From: an uncultured Gemmatimonadaceae bacterium
GTDB lineage: Bacteria; Gemmatimonadota; Gemmatimonadetes; Gemmatimonadales; Gemmatimonadaceae
Assembly: GCA_963790305.1 (NCBI GenBank)
Contig: CAWBOC010000005.1
Location: forward strand, 288,001 to 352,000
Length of the DNA: 64,000 nucleotides
Reading direction: 5' to 3'
Part shown: one piece after another, positions 49,870 to 59,814 of the stretch
Numbering within the stretch: the stretch's first letter is position 1
Layout of the letters: the number at the start of each line of letters is the position of its first letter
Made by a program: the position numbers and the translations under genes
The notes under the pieces: generated by a model
The model's database searches: none
Told to the model about the DNA's origin: nothing
Seen by the model: the letters and a program-made list of their open reading frames with translations, nothing else

Positions 49870-50364
49870 ATGCGCCACACTCGGGTTTTGCTCACGGCCG
49901 CTGCGGCGGCTCTTGTTGCATGCGCTCAAAGGCAGGTCGAGGTCGAGACTGGCGACGTTCTGCTCGACGCACGCTGGGTCGCGACGCTTGCGCCGGTTGC
50001 GGTCACGCGTGATTCCGCCGCGATCACCGGCGCAACCACCGTCACACTCGGCGGACGTGGCAGCATGATGCGCGGCAGCAGCTCCGTCGAGACGCGCGCG
50101 ATGCTGTCACTCTTTGGCGCCGCACCTGGCTCGACGCACGCCTGGCACCTGCATCTGGGCTCCTGCAGCAACGATCGAGGAATTCTGGGCGCGCCCGAGC
50201 TGTACACGCCGGTCGTGGCCGGGAACGACGGCCGCGGTGACATCACCGTGACGCTTCCCTTTACGACTCCCAATTCGGGAGAGTTCTACATCGACGTGCA
50301 CGAGACGCAGAGCTCGGCGAGTCGCATCGTCGCCTGTGCGCCCCTGACGGCCGGCAACACCTAA
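49870..50364 (+). CDS. Lipoprotein with a Cu/Zn-SOD-like beta-sandwich
   Basis: Lipobox LVAC; HAWHLHLGSC, FYIDVHE and IVAC; GGAGG RBS. Confidence 0.7.
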   Translation: MRHTRVLLTAAAAALVACAQRQVEVETGDVLLDARWVATLAPVAVTRDSAAITGATTVTLGGRGSMMRGSSSVETRAMLSLFGAAPGSTHAWHLHLGSCSNDRGILGAPELYTPVVAGNDGRGDITVTLPFTTPNSGEFYIDVHETQSSASRIVACAPLTAGNT

Positions 50365-50382
50365 CGAGCATCCGTCGAAGGA

Positions 50383-50417
50383 AGAGGCGTTCGTGCCGGT
50401 TCGGCACGAACGCCTCT
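50383..50417. terminator. 16-bp hairpin between convergent genes
   Basis: AGAGGCGTTCGTGCCG-GTT-CGGCACGAACGCCTCT. Confidence 0.7.
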
Positions 50418-50445
50418 CGTGTCTCTGCGCGGCACCGGACCGGGC

Positions 50446-51243
50446 TTACTCGACCCGGACTCTGCCCTTCACACCCGAGTAGCTCAGCCCGCGCTTCCGG
50501 CTCCGCTCGACGGTCAGATCGCCGCCGACGTCGACAACGCGAATTCCCCCTGAGCCGTCGCGCTGTACGTGCACCGATCCTCCCACGGTGCGAGCGCTGA
50601 TCGAGCCCGAGCCGTCGCGCACCGTCAGGGTCCCGGTCATATCGCGTACGTCGATCTCGCCCGAGCCATCATCGATCGTTACGTCGCCGCGAACGTTCTC
50701 GATCTCGAGCTCTCCGGAGCCATCCCGGACGCGCAAGGCACCACCAATGTCGCGGATCTCGACCCCGCCCGAGTTGTCATCAACATCGAGTGCTGCAGTG
50801 CCCGTCACTCGGAGATCGCCGCTCGAATCCTCGATCTCTACCGGAATATTCCTGGGCACCGTGACCGTGAGGTCGAGCGCCGGCCCGCTGTCCCAGCTCG
50901 AATCCCAGTCGCGGTGCTCCATCTTCGGCATCTCGACCTCGATGCGGACGACGTCGCCCTCACGCGTCCCGGTGAGCTTGATGTCGCGGAGCAGATCTGT
51001 GCGGGGAGCGCGGGCGGTTCCCTCGGCAACCACTTCGGTCGTGCCCTCCTTGCCCTCGACGCGAAGCCAGCCCGCGCGCCCTACGATGACGATACGCGTC
51101 GCCCCCCGGGCGTTTACGCGAGCGGTCCGCGGCTCATCATATGGTCTCACACGCGAAGGTCTCGCTTCGTCGATGATGACCGGTGAGGGCGCGAGCGCGG
51201 ATAACACGACAAAGAGTACGGCGTTCATGGCGGTGGCCTCCAT
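50446..51243 (-). CDS. DUF4097-like beta-strand repeat exported protein
   Basis: Repeated DGSG(E/S/G)I motifs after a signal peptide. Confidence 0.8.
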   Translation of the reverse strand: MEATAMNAVLFVVLSALAPSPVIIDEARPSRVRPYDEPRTARVNARGATRIVIVGRAGWLRVEGKEGTTEVVAEGTARAPRTDLLRDIKLTGTREGDVVRIEVEMPKMEHRDWDSSWDSGPALDLTVTVPRNIPVEIEDSSGDLRVTGTAALDVDDNSGGVEIRDIGGALRVRDGSGELEIENVRGDVTIDDGSGEIDVRDMTGTLTVRDGSGSISARTVGGSVHVQRDGSGGIRVVDVGGDLTVERSRKRGLSYSGVKGRVRVE

Positions 51244-51539
51244 CGGGAGCGCGAGGCACCGGCGATACCGACTTGCCGCACCTCGCGTTGACTCCCCCTT
51301 TACGATGACAGCGTGCTTGCGGGTTCAGGGTAGAGCACCGGGTTGGACACCACCCATAGGCCCAGGGTTTGGAGCGGGTCTTGACCCTCGTAACCATCCC
51401 GCCACAACCTCCCGACGTTCGCCTCGCAATCGTTGCTTTCCCTCGTGAGTTGGCGTTACCCTATGGGCGGTGCCAGCACCTCGGCGCCGCTCCCCCGGCG
51501 CTCCTCCGTTCCGAGCGCCCCCGCCACACTCTCTCGAGG

Positions 51540-54500
51540 ATGCACCGCATGCTCAGACTCCGTGCGATCGCTGCGCTCGGCGTAGTCGCCGCGCTGGCTG
51601 CACTCTCCCCCTCGACGGTCGACGCCCAAGGCGTCACCACGGGCGCCGTCACTGGCGTGGTAACCGACGAATCGGCCCAGGGCGTCGAGAACGCGCAGAT
51701 CCAAGTCACGAACCGAGCGACCGGCTACACTGCCGGCTCGATGACTCGTGCGGGCGGCCGCTACTTCGTTCAGGGCCTCGAGATCGGCAGTCGATACGCA
51801 GTAACGGTTCGTCTCCTGGGTTACGCGCCCCAGACGATCGAGAACGTCACGCTCGTCCTGGGAACCGCGACAGCGGTGAACTTCCGCTTGCAGCGACAGG
51901 CGACTGAGCTCGCTGGAGTCACCGTGACGGCGACGCCCGCGGAGTTCTCGCCAACCCGACACGGCATTTCCACGGTCGTCTCCGACTCCGCTCTGCGGAA
52001 ACTGCCCTCGCTCGAACGCAACTTCACCGACTTCGTCGCACTCACTCCCCAGGTATCGACCAACGTCCGAACGGGCGGTCTCTCCGCCGGCGGGGTCAAC
52101 AACCGGTTCAATCACATTCAGATCGACGGCGCCTCGGAGACCGACCTGTTCGGCCTCGGGGCGACGGGACAACCTGGCGGACAGGCCAGCGGGAAGTCGA
52201 TCGCAATCGAGTCCGTGAAGGAGTACCAGGTCCTGCTGACGCCCTTCGACGTGCGGCAGGGGAACTTCGCGGGGCTGCTCGTCAACGCCGTTACCAAGAG
52301 CGGGACGAACGACTTTCACGGCACGGCATACGGGTTCACGCGCGGTGATGCCTATACTCGCTCGCAACCCTACATCGCGGACTACGAGAACACGCAGTAT
52401 GGATTTGCCGTGGGCGGTCCCGTTGTGCGCGACCGCGCGCACTTTTTCATCAACCCTGAATTCCAGCGCCTGAACGAGCCGGCGAGCGGAGTCTCGCTGG
52501 GAGCGAGCGGGCTCACGCTGACGCAGGCGAGAGTCGATAGTTTGAGCACGCTGCTCGCCCGGGACAACGTCCCCTCGGGCTCGGCCGGGCCAGTGACGAA
52601 CGACAACCCGCTCACCAACATTTTCGGGCGGGTCGACATCCAGCTGCCGTGGAATACGTCGCTCGTGCTCCGCCACAACTACGGCCGTGCCGAGGATGAC
52701 GTTTTTTCGCGCGGGAGTGCGGGACCGGTCTTCGATTTCCCACTCAGCAGCAACGCGTACTTCTTCGAGTCCACGAAGAACTCCACGGCGCTTCAGCTGC
52801 GGACGCAGTTCAGCAACACGCTGTTCAACGAGCTCATTGCCGGCTACAACACCATTCGGGATCGACGCACTCCGGTGGTGCGCTCGCCTGAGGTGACGGT
52901 CGCCGTGCCGGGCGCGACGTTGCGGTCCGGGGCCGAGCGGTTCTCGCACGCCAATGAGCTGGACCAGGACATGTTCGAGGTCACGAACAACGTCACGTGG
53001 ACCCGCGGTGACCACGCCATCACCATTGGCGGGCTCGCCAATTTCTTCAGTGTCCGGAACCTCTTCCGGCAGTCCTCCCTGGGTGCATGGCGGTTCGGGA
53101 GCCTCGACTCGCTCGAGACGCGGCTGCCTAACCAGTACATCATTGGCGTTCCCGTCGCGGGCGATGGTGCGGTGCGGTTCGATGCCGCCGTCTATGCCGG
53201 ATATTTGCAGGATCGGTGGCTCGTGTCGCCGAACCTGACCCTCTCGGCCGGAGTGCGCTTCGACATGCCTGTATTCAAGGACCGGCCGCCCAGCAATCCG
53301 ACGCTGCTCACGCAGCTCAATCGCAACACACGCGACATCCCCTCCGGCAACCTCCAGTGGTCACCGCGGGTGAGCTTCAACTGGGATGTGACTGGGGACC
53401 AGCGGAATCAGCTCCGGGGCGGAATAGGAGCGTTTACAGGGCACCCCGCCTACGTCTGGCTCAGCAATGCCTTCCAGAACTCCGGCCTGACCGGTGTCGC
53501 GCTTCTGACCTGCAACGCGCCGAACGCGCCTCAGTTCACCCCGGCGAACATTGCCACTCCGCCAACGCAGTGCACGAACGGGACGACCGCCAGCGCGGGC
53601 GCCGAGATCAACCTGCTCGCGAAGGATCTGCGGTTCCCGCAGACGGGGCGCGCTTCACTCGGGTACGATCGGGATCTGGGACGCGGTCTCGTCGCGACGC
53701 TCGAAGGCATGTACACCGTCGGCATGTACTCGCCCTTCTACGAGAACATCGCGCTCGCAGGCCCGCAGGGTGTCGACGCAAACGGCCGTGTCATGTACGG
53801 TCCGCGGCCCGCCACCCCGGTGCTGCGTGTCGCCGCGCGAAGTCAGGTGTTCGAGGCGCGGAACACCAAATGGGAAGACAGATATACGCAGCTCACGGCT
53901 GGGTTGAAGCGCCGCTTCGAGAACAACTGGGAGGGATCGTTCTTCTACACGTGGTCGCGCGCGCGCGACGTGGTGACCCTCACCTCGAGCACCGCCTTCT
54001 CTCAGCTACGCTTCGGCCGCGTGTGGGCCGGCAATCTCTCCGATACGCGGGCCACGCGCTCGTCGTTCGAGCAGCCGCACCGCATCGTCGCGACCGGTAT
54101 CTATACCTTCCCGACGCGGACATCGGTCTCCCTCATTTATCAGGGTGGATCGGGGAGGCCGTTCACGTACATCACCGACGGCGATCTCAACGGCAACAAC
54201 TTCACCTTGGATGATCCGATCTACGTGCCGACGGCGGCGGAAGTGCCGACAATGAACTTCCAGGCATACACGTCCGGCACGACGACGGTGACGCCGACCG
54301 AGCAGGCAACGGGATTCGAGCAGTTCATTCGGGGCATCGAGTGCCTGAGAGAGAATCGTGGGCGGATATTGCCGCGAAACGAGTGCGAGTCGCCATGGAC
54401 GAACACCCTCAATCTCTCCGTGAGCCAGGCGCTCCCCGTCTTCCGTCAACAGAACGTCTCCGTCCAGCTCGACGTGTTCAACTTCCTCAATCTGCTCAAC

Positions 54501-54707
54501 AAGGATTGGGGCGAGCGGACGTTCATCGATCCACAGGTCACGGCGCTGGCGTTCCGCGGACTGACCGTGCCTACGGGATCGCTCATTACTGGCGCCGCCA
54601 CGCCGACGCAGCCCATTTACCGGTTCACCGTGGGGCAGAGTCGGTACAGCTTCAACAACATCGACTCCAACTATCAGCTTCAGCTGTCGCTGCGCTACAG
54701 CTTCTAG
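51540..54707 (+). CDS. TonB-dependent receptor (Oar-like, N-terminal carboxypeptidase-regulatory-like domain)
   Basis: Signal peptide AQGVTTG, RNFTDF..LTP, PFDVRQGNF.G..VNAVTKSGTN and C-terminal LRYSF. Confidence 0.92.
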   Translation: MHRMLRLRAIAALGVVAALAALSPSTVDAQGVTTGAVTGVVTDESAQGVENAQIQVTNRATGYTAGSMTRAGGRYFVQGLEIGSRYAVTVRLLGYAPQTIENVTLVLGTATAVNFRLQRQATELAGVTVTATPAEFSPTRHGISTVVSDSALRKLPSLERNFTDFVALTPQVSTNVRTGGLSAGGVNNRFNHIQIDGASETDLFGLGATGQPGGQASGKSIAIESVKEYQVLLTPFDVRQGNFAGLLVNAVTKSGTNDFHGTAYGFTRGDAYTRSQPYIADYENTQYGFAVGGPVVRDRAHFFINPEFQRLNEPASGVSLGASGLTLTQARVDSLSTLLARDNVPSGSAGPVTNDNPLTNIFGRVDIQLPWNTSLVLRHNYGRAEDDVFSRGSAGPVFDFPLSSNAYFFESTKNSTALQLRTQFSNTLFNELIAGYNTIRDRRTPVVRSPEVTVAVPGATLRSGAERFSHANELDQDMFEVTNNVTWTRGDHAITIGGLANFFSVRNLFRQSSLGAWRFGSLDSLETRLPNQYIIGVPVAGDGAVRFDAAVYAGYLQDRWLVSPNLTLSAGVRFDMPVFKDRPPSNPTLLTQLNRNTRDIPSGNLQWSPRVSFNWDVTGDQRNQLRGGIGAFTGHPAYVWLSNAFQNSGLTGVALLTCNAPNAPQFTPANIATPPTQCTNGTTASAGAEINLLAKDLRFPQTGRASLGYDRDLGRGLVATLEGMYTVGMYSPFYENIALAGPQGVDANGRVMYGPRPATPVLRVAARSQVFEARNTKWEDRYTQLTAGLKRRFENNWEGSFFYTWSRARDVVTLTSSTAFSQLRFGRVWAGNLSDTRATRSSFEQPHRIVATGIYTFPTRTSVSLIYQGGSGRPFTYITDGDLNGNNFTLDDPIYVPTAAEVPTMNFQAYTSGTTTVTPTEQATGFEQFIRGIECLRENRGRILPRNECESPWTNTLNLSVSQALPVFRQQNVSVQLDVFNFLNLLNKDWGERTFIDPQVTALAFRGLTVPTGSLITGAATPTQPIYRFTVGQSRYSFNNIDSNYQLQLSLRYSF

Positions 54708-54737
54708 TTTGCTCGCTCAGTAGGAGAGTGGATAACG

Positions 54738-54767
54738 AACCGCCCTGGCAGGGAAGCCAGGGCGGTT
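54738..54767. terminator. Intrinsic terminator hairpin
   Basis: AACCGCCCTGGC-AGGGAA-GCCAGGGCGGTT between convergent genes. Confidence 0.7.
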
Positions 54768-54800
54768 TGTACGACGGTCCGTCGCCTCCTGTGCCTGGCC

Positions 54801-56528
54801 TTACAGCCCCCGGAGATTCCGGCGCCAGATGGCGCGGACAGCACCCAGGGACCAGCCCGCCGGCGCCGCGACGTTGGACGTAACTTGCGTCGGCCGGAAG
54901 ACGCTGGAGCGAGTTGGGAAGTAGCTCTTTGTCCCTGCGTCGACAACACGCTCGAAACAGTACACGAGATGGTCGGAGCCGTTAGGCCGGTAGGTAGATG
55001 GATATCCGCCAAAAAGTCGGCAGCTTCGAATCGTCCCGCCAACGTACGAGCCTGGGAAGTGAACCGCATCGAACGCCTCATTCGCCGGATCGGTCAGGTC
55101 GTACAGCATCGACGCCACAGGACCCTCGATGATCGATCCGTCGCCAGAGGAGTAATAGGCGTTGGATTCAATGTTCGGGAGAAAATACCCGACATCAGCG
55201 CCAAACGTGACGACGGCATGATAGTCGGCAAACCCCTCTCGGAAGGCGCATCCCAGCGTGCCGGGTCCGTAGATGTAGTGCGGGTCAGGACAAGGCCCAC
55301 CGTTGTGGTCATAGCCACCAAGGCCGCCGTAGTGCATCGCGTGTCCGTACTCATGCGCCTGCGTGAACGCACCGTAGGGTGAGTTGAACACCGCGCGGTT
55401 GTTGCCGGCGGTCGCGATCTCAATACGCTCCGGAGAGGGAAAGTACCTGCTCACCGGGATGGTGTTCAGGAGAGCGACGCTAACTCTGCCTCGCGAAGCG
55501 CTGAAGAAGGCACGCGAGGCAGGAATGATTCGCGTCATGTTGACATAGACGTGACTGGGATCAGAGGGGAGAATGATCGTCTCGAGAGCGACGCTGCAAT
55601 CCCTGCCGCCATACGAGTAGCGCCCGTTTTGGATAAAGACATCCGGGTTACCCAGGTCGAGATAGCTCTCCACTCGCGTGTTCGGGTACGAGTAGCAGGG
55701 CGCCGGGACCAAGCCATTCGCGTCGGCGATAGCGCTCCACGTTCCCAGGAGTGTGCCGTCGATGGCGTCGTATTCCTCAAAGTAGAACCAGGCTCCTGCG
55801 ACGGGTCGATACACGCCCAGCTCTGAGTGGTAGTAGACAAACTGAAATTGTGCGTTGTCGACCGCTTGGGCCGACGGATCGTCTCGCGGTGTCGCGCCTG
55901 GTGCCTTGTGAGCTGCCGTCAGCCGGAACGGACCTGGCGAAGGCACGAATTGTTTCTCGAAGGTGACCGCTTCCTGAGTGAGTGTGACACCGCCGCCTCG
56001 TTCGCTGACCCGAACCCACACCTCCTTGAACTGCGTGTGGTGTATCGCGACGCTGCCCTCGAAGTCGGGTTCCGATGACCGCTTCACCACAATGGCGAGA
56101 ACACGGTAGACGCCAGCCGCGGGAATCGTGATCCTGGCGTTTGCCTCGAGCTCCGCACCGGCGGGTAGAGGCGCTCGTTGTTCCGAGACTGAGCCAATGG
56201 TGAGACCAACCGGACTCCGATCGACGCGCCAATTTGTCTGGCGGGCGAACTCGACCTCCGGCAGCACAATGCGAAAGTCGACCTCCGCCGTGGACAAGAG
56301 ACCGCGTACCCAGGCTCTGACCTGAAAGGGCTCTCCTGGCTTCAATGAGCCAGCAACCGACACGTTCAGATGGAATCTGTCGCGGGCCTGAGGCTCCAGA
56401 TGATCGTCCGCAGTTACGTCAGGTCGGTCCTGCTCCAGGATCGGTGCGATTGGCGCGGCTTCATCGCTACAGCCACCAAGAACCAGCGCCGCACCCACAA
56501 GCGACGCCACGCAGCGAGCAACTCTCAT
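54801..56528 (-). CDS. Lipoprotein with HExxH zinc-metallopeptidase (gluzincin-like) domain
   Basis: GGAGG RBS, lipobox LGGC, AHEYGHAMH and downstream EGFAD. Confidence 0.72.
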   Translation of the reverse strand: MRVARCVASLVGAALVLGGCSDEAAPIAPILEQDRPDVTADDHLEPQARDRFHLNVSVAGSLKPGEPFQVRAWVRGLLSTAEVDFRIVLPEVEFARQTNWRVDRSPVGLTIGSVSEQRAPLPAGAELEANARITIPAAGVYRVLAIVVKRSSEPDFEGSVAIHHTQFKEVWVRVSERGGGVTLTQEAVTFEKQFVPSPGPFRLTAAHKAPGATPRDDPSAQAVDNAQFQFVYYHSELGVYRPVAGAWFYFEEYDAIDGTLLGTWSAIADANGLVPAPCYSYPNTRVESYLDLGNPDVFIQNGRYSYGGRDCSVALETIILPSDPSHVYVNMTRIIPASRAFFSASRGRVSVALLNTIPVSRYFPSPERIEIATAGNNRAVFNSPYGAFTQAHEYGHAMHYGGLGGYDHNGGPCPDPHYIYGPGTLGCAFREGFADYHAVVTFGADVGYFLPNIESNAYYSSGDGSIIEGPVASMLYDLTDPANEAFDAVHFPGSYVGGTIRSCRLFGGYPSTYRPNGSDHLVYCFERVVDAGTKSYFPTRSSVFRPTQVTSNVAAPAGWSLGAVRAIWRRNLRGL

Positions 56529-56723
56529 GTACGACCTCCGGCGTTGAGGATTCGCCGCGACCAGGCGGCCGTGCCCCTTCCACTGGTTGCGTGCGCAACA
56601 GTAGTTGGCCTCGGTGGTGGGGCAAGCGCCGTTTTGCGACACGTTAGGCCACTTTTCGGACAGCACGTGGCGGAACCAATCGTTAGGAAATCCTCACCAC
56701 GCGGAAGCTTTGAGCATTGGCTG

Positions 56724-56754
56724 AAAAAAAGGCCGAGGAAGCGTATCCTCGGCC
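56724..56754 (-). terminator. Intrinsic terminator after the S41 peptidase
   Basis: GGCCGAGGA/TCCTCGGCC stem followed by a T7 tract on the minus strand. Confidence 0.8.
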
Positions 56755-56780
56755 ACCGTGTTCGTACCCGCGTCGCGGCG

Positions 56781-58352
56781 TTACTTCAGGATTCCCTCCG
56801 CCTTCGCGAACGCCTCCACTGCGCGCTTGACGTCGCCGCTCTGCACCGCCGCGAGACGATAAAACCCCGCATCGCCCCACTTCGCCTGCGCCACCCACCT
56901 AACGATCGCGCGCTCCAGCCGAGTATCGACCTCGGCGCCATCGGGAATCGTCACACCCTGCTCCAGGGCGAACCGCCGAAAGTCGGCCACAGCCCCCGGA
57001 GCCGCCTTCCCCGATGCAGCCAATGCATCGAGGGTGGAGTACGTCCCGGCTGCGGCCGTCACATGGCCCGCGATCCACTTGAGATCGAGTCGCTCCTCGT
57101 GCACGCGCGCCAGCCAGAGCGGGTCAGGGTCGCCCTCGGGGAACACGATGTCCGGATAAATGCCCCCTCCGCCGTACACCACACGCCCGCTCGCCGTCTT
57201 GCACGACGGCCGGCCCACGGTGTCACGGTCTGCACCAGCGAGCCGGTAGTAGTCGCGACGGGTGATCCCGTGATAGCGGCGCTGCACGATACGCCCGCAC
57301 GGTGTGCGCACATGTCCGATCACGAGCATGGCGACGGAGCCATCCGTCAACGGGAATCCCTGCATCAGCAGCGACTTGCCGAAGCTCGGACGGCCGACGA
57401 TCAAGGCTCGATCGTGATCCTGCAGCGCACCCGCGACGAGCTCCGAAGCACTGGCGGTGCCGTCGTTCACCATCACCACGATCGGATATCGCTTCTCACG
57501 ACTCCAGAACGAGCGACCGACACGGCCGGTATCGCTCACCTCCTGCTTGCGACCCTGCTGTGTGTAAATCAGGGCGCCTTTCGGTAGAAACTCGCCGGCC
57601 ACTTTCGCCGCTTCGTCGACGAGCCCGCCACCGTTGTCCCGGAGATCCAGGATCAGTCGCTTCATGCCCTCGTGCTCGAGTCGTGAGAGCGCATCGTGCA
57701 AATCGTCGGAGACCTTGTCCGACCCGAACGGGATGAGCCGCACGTAGCCGGTTGTCGGGTCGAGAAGGAACGACGCAACCACCGCGCTCTCCTCCCCGGG
57801 CCACTCCCGCTTCACCTCACGGTCGAGCTGCACGCGTGAGCCGTCGAGCCTCCTCCGCTCCAGCGTTAGGCGCACCCGGGAGTTCTTGGCGCCGGCGAGG
57901 GCGATCTCGAGCTCGCCGGCACTCGCCCATGGGACGGGCTTGCCATCGACGGCGATCAGCTCATCACCAGGGAGAATGTCACTCCGCGCTGCCTCCGTCC
58001 CCGGCGCCACGGAAATCACGACCGGCGCACCCTCGACCATTCCGAAGTTCACCGGCACCGGATGCATCTTCCGCTCGCGGTATGCCTTCTCCTTCTCGGG
58101 CGTCAGCTGATAGTACGCGTAGACCCACGAGTGAGGATCCGCCGCCGCTATCATCCCGCGAATCGCGGACATGATGAGCTTGTGGGAATCCAGCGAGTCC
58201 GGATGGTTCACGCGTAGCTGATTGAGCACCTGACTGAACAGCTGCAGGTCCTCGTACATCGTACGCTTCCGGATCACCCGCGCGCTGTCCTGCGCGAAGG
58301 CAGCGGGCATGAGCACTGCCACCCCCGCCACCGCGAGGAGAAGTCTGCGCAC
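56781..58352 (-). CDS. S41 family C-terminal processing peptidase (CtpA-like, PDZ)
   Basis: LILDLRDNGGG, GTASASE (catalytic Ser), GALQDHDRA and SFGK (catalytic Lys). Confidence 0.92.
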   Translation of the reverse strand: MRRLLLAVAGVAVLMPAAFAQDSARVIRKRTMYEDLQLFSQVLNQLRVNHPDSLDSHKLIMSAIRGMIAAADPHSWVYAYYQLTPEKEKAYRERKMHPVPVNFGMVEGAPVVISVAPGTEAARSDILPGDELIAVDGKPVPWASAGELEIALAGAKNSRVRLTLERRRLDGSRVQLDREVKREWPGEESAVVASFLLDPTTGYVRLIPFGSDKVSDDLHDALSRLEHEGMKRLILDLRDNGGGLVDEAAKVAGEFLPKGALIYTQQGRKQEVSDTGRVGRSFWSREKRYPIVVMVNDGTASASELVAGALQDHDRALIVGRPSFGKSLLMQGFPLTDGSVAMLVIGHVRTPCGRIVQRRYHGITRRDYYRLAGADRDTVGRPSCKTASGRVVYGGGGIYPDIVFPEGDPDPLWLARVHEERLDLKWIAGHVTAAAGTYSTLDALAASGKAAPGAVADFRRFALEQGVTIPDGAEVDTRLERAIVRWVAQAKWGDAGFYRLAAVQSGDVKRAVEAFAKAEGILK

Positions 58353-58353
58353 G

Positions 58354-59520
58354 TTACTTTCCTCCCACCGACGACAGTGCGGTCAATCGCGCCTGGGCCA
58401 GGGGTCTCAGCTCGTGGTTCTGCGCCGCGATCGCCATGAACTTTTTGTACCGCTCCACGGCTTCCGCGGTCTTGCCAAGCCCGTCGTAGGCGTTCGCGAG
58501 CACGGCGTACGAGCGCGCGTACCATGGCTCGAGCTCGATCGCCCGCAACAAGTGCGGCTCTGCCTCCGCATGCTTTCCGAGCATCACCAGCACCGTGCCG
58601 TACTCGGCGCGCAACGGAGCGTCATCGTTGTTCAGCTCGACGGCAAGCTGGTACTCGGAGAGTGCCGTTGCCGTGTCACCCGTCTTCAGCGAAAGCGCCG
58701 CCAGGCGTTGGTGCGCGACATAGAACGAAAGATCTTCCGTCAGCGCGCGCCCAAGCGCTTCCCGTGCCTCCTGAAGCTTGCCCGCCTGGATGTACGCGTT
58801 GGCGATGCTGTACTCGTACATCGCCTTCGATTCGTAGAGCACGACGAGATCCTCGTCGTCGTCCTTGCGATACCCCGCGAGCGCCAGGTTCAATTCGGCG
58901 ACCGTGCTGTCGAACCGATTCATGTGATAGAAAGCACGTGCGCGCTCGGCATGCAGCTCGTAGTCCTTCGGCTCCTTCTCGATCGCCCTCGCGTACAACT
59001 CGACTGCTTGCTGAAAGTTGGTCTGACTGTACGCGAACCACGCGCGCATCTCCGGATCCCCGCTGATCATGCCATGCTGTCCAGTGAACTCCTGGTACAG
59101 TCGGTCGATGAGCATCTTGTCGTGCCGGCGGAAAAAGAACGGATCGCGCAGCAGGGCACGAAAGTGCAGCGAGTCAGCCCGTCTGACGTCGGCCGACTTC
59201 AGGACGTACTTCGTCCCAATGAGGTACTTCCAGAAGCGGTCGAGGTTCGACATGTGAAACGCGATGCGCTGCGCATACAGTGGATCGGCCCATGCCGGAT
59301 CGAGCCGCGAGGCCCAGTAGAATGCGTCCTCTGCGCTCCGGGGACTCGATTCGAGTTGGCCAAGCCCCCAGTAGTAGTAGGCGCCAGCGCTGTTGGTATC
59401 GCGTCCGGCCTGCATCTTCGGGCGCTTGGGTTCCTTTGGCTTCTTCTGCGCGTCGGCCACGGTGGCAAACAGAAGAGCGGCGACGACGAGGGAGGCGGCA
59501 CGGAGCGCTCGCATGGGCAT
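58354..59520 (-). CDS. Exported tetratricopeptide repeat protein
   Basis: Signal peptide ending in ADA; multiple TPR-like repeats (A..YARAIEKEP, A..LLRAIELEP). Confidence 0.82.
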   Translation of the reverse strand: MPMRALRAASLVVAALLFATVADAQKKPKEPKRPKMQAGRDTNSAGAYYYWGLGQLESSPRSAEDAFYWASRLDPAWADPLYAQRIAFHMSNLDRFWKYLIGTKYVLKSADVRRADSLHFRALLRDPFFFRRHDKMLIDRLYQEFTGQHGMISGDPEMRAWFAYSQTNFQQAVELYARAIEKEPKDYELHAERARAFYHMNRFDSTVAELNLALAGYRKDDDEDLVVLYESKAMYEYSIANAYIQAGKLQEAREALGRALTEDLSFYVAHQRLAALSLKTGDTATALSEYQLAVELNNDDAPLRAEYGTVLVMLGKHAEAEPHLLRAIELEPWYARSYAVLANAYDGLGKTAEAVERYKKFMAIAAQNHELRPLAQARLTALSSVGGK

Positions 59521-59779
59521 CCTTCGGAATGAGTGACTGGGCCTGTGTGTCGCCGAGGGCGACATAAGCGTCAGACTAGGGGGCCACGGTTCGAGCACGT
59601 GGCGCTAGGAGTATGAGGTGAGCTACCTGCGGGCTGACAAATCCGGCGACTATCGCCCCCGCGTCGTCCTCGACGCGCGTCAGGCGGAACGGGTCACGAT
59701 TTTGTTAGGGTACAATGCCTGACGATTGCTCGCCAGTGTCTGATGGACACGAACCGAACATCCTCCACGGGCAGGCCCA

Positions 59780-59808
59780 TTTACAAGGCACGCTCTTGGC
59801 AATACTAT
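59780..59808 (+). promoter_or_regulatory. Sigma70-type promoter with no downstream plus-strand CDS
   Basis: TTTACA-N17-TACTAT. Confidence 0.6.
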
Positions 59809-59814
59809 CGGACA

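Noticed and set aside
51244..51539. Cobalamin or TPP riboswitch ahead of the TonB-dependent receptor
   Set aside because: No B12-box or TPP consensus recognisable by eye; an Rfam scan would be needed to exclude it fully.
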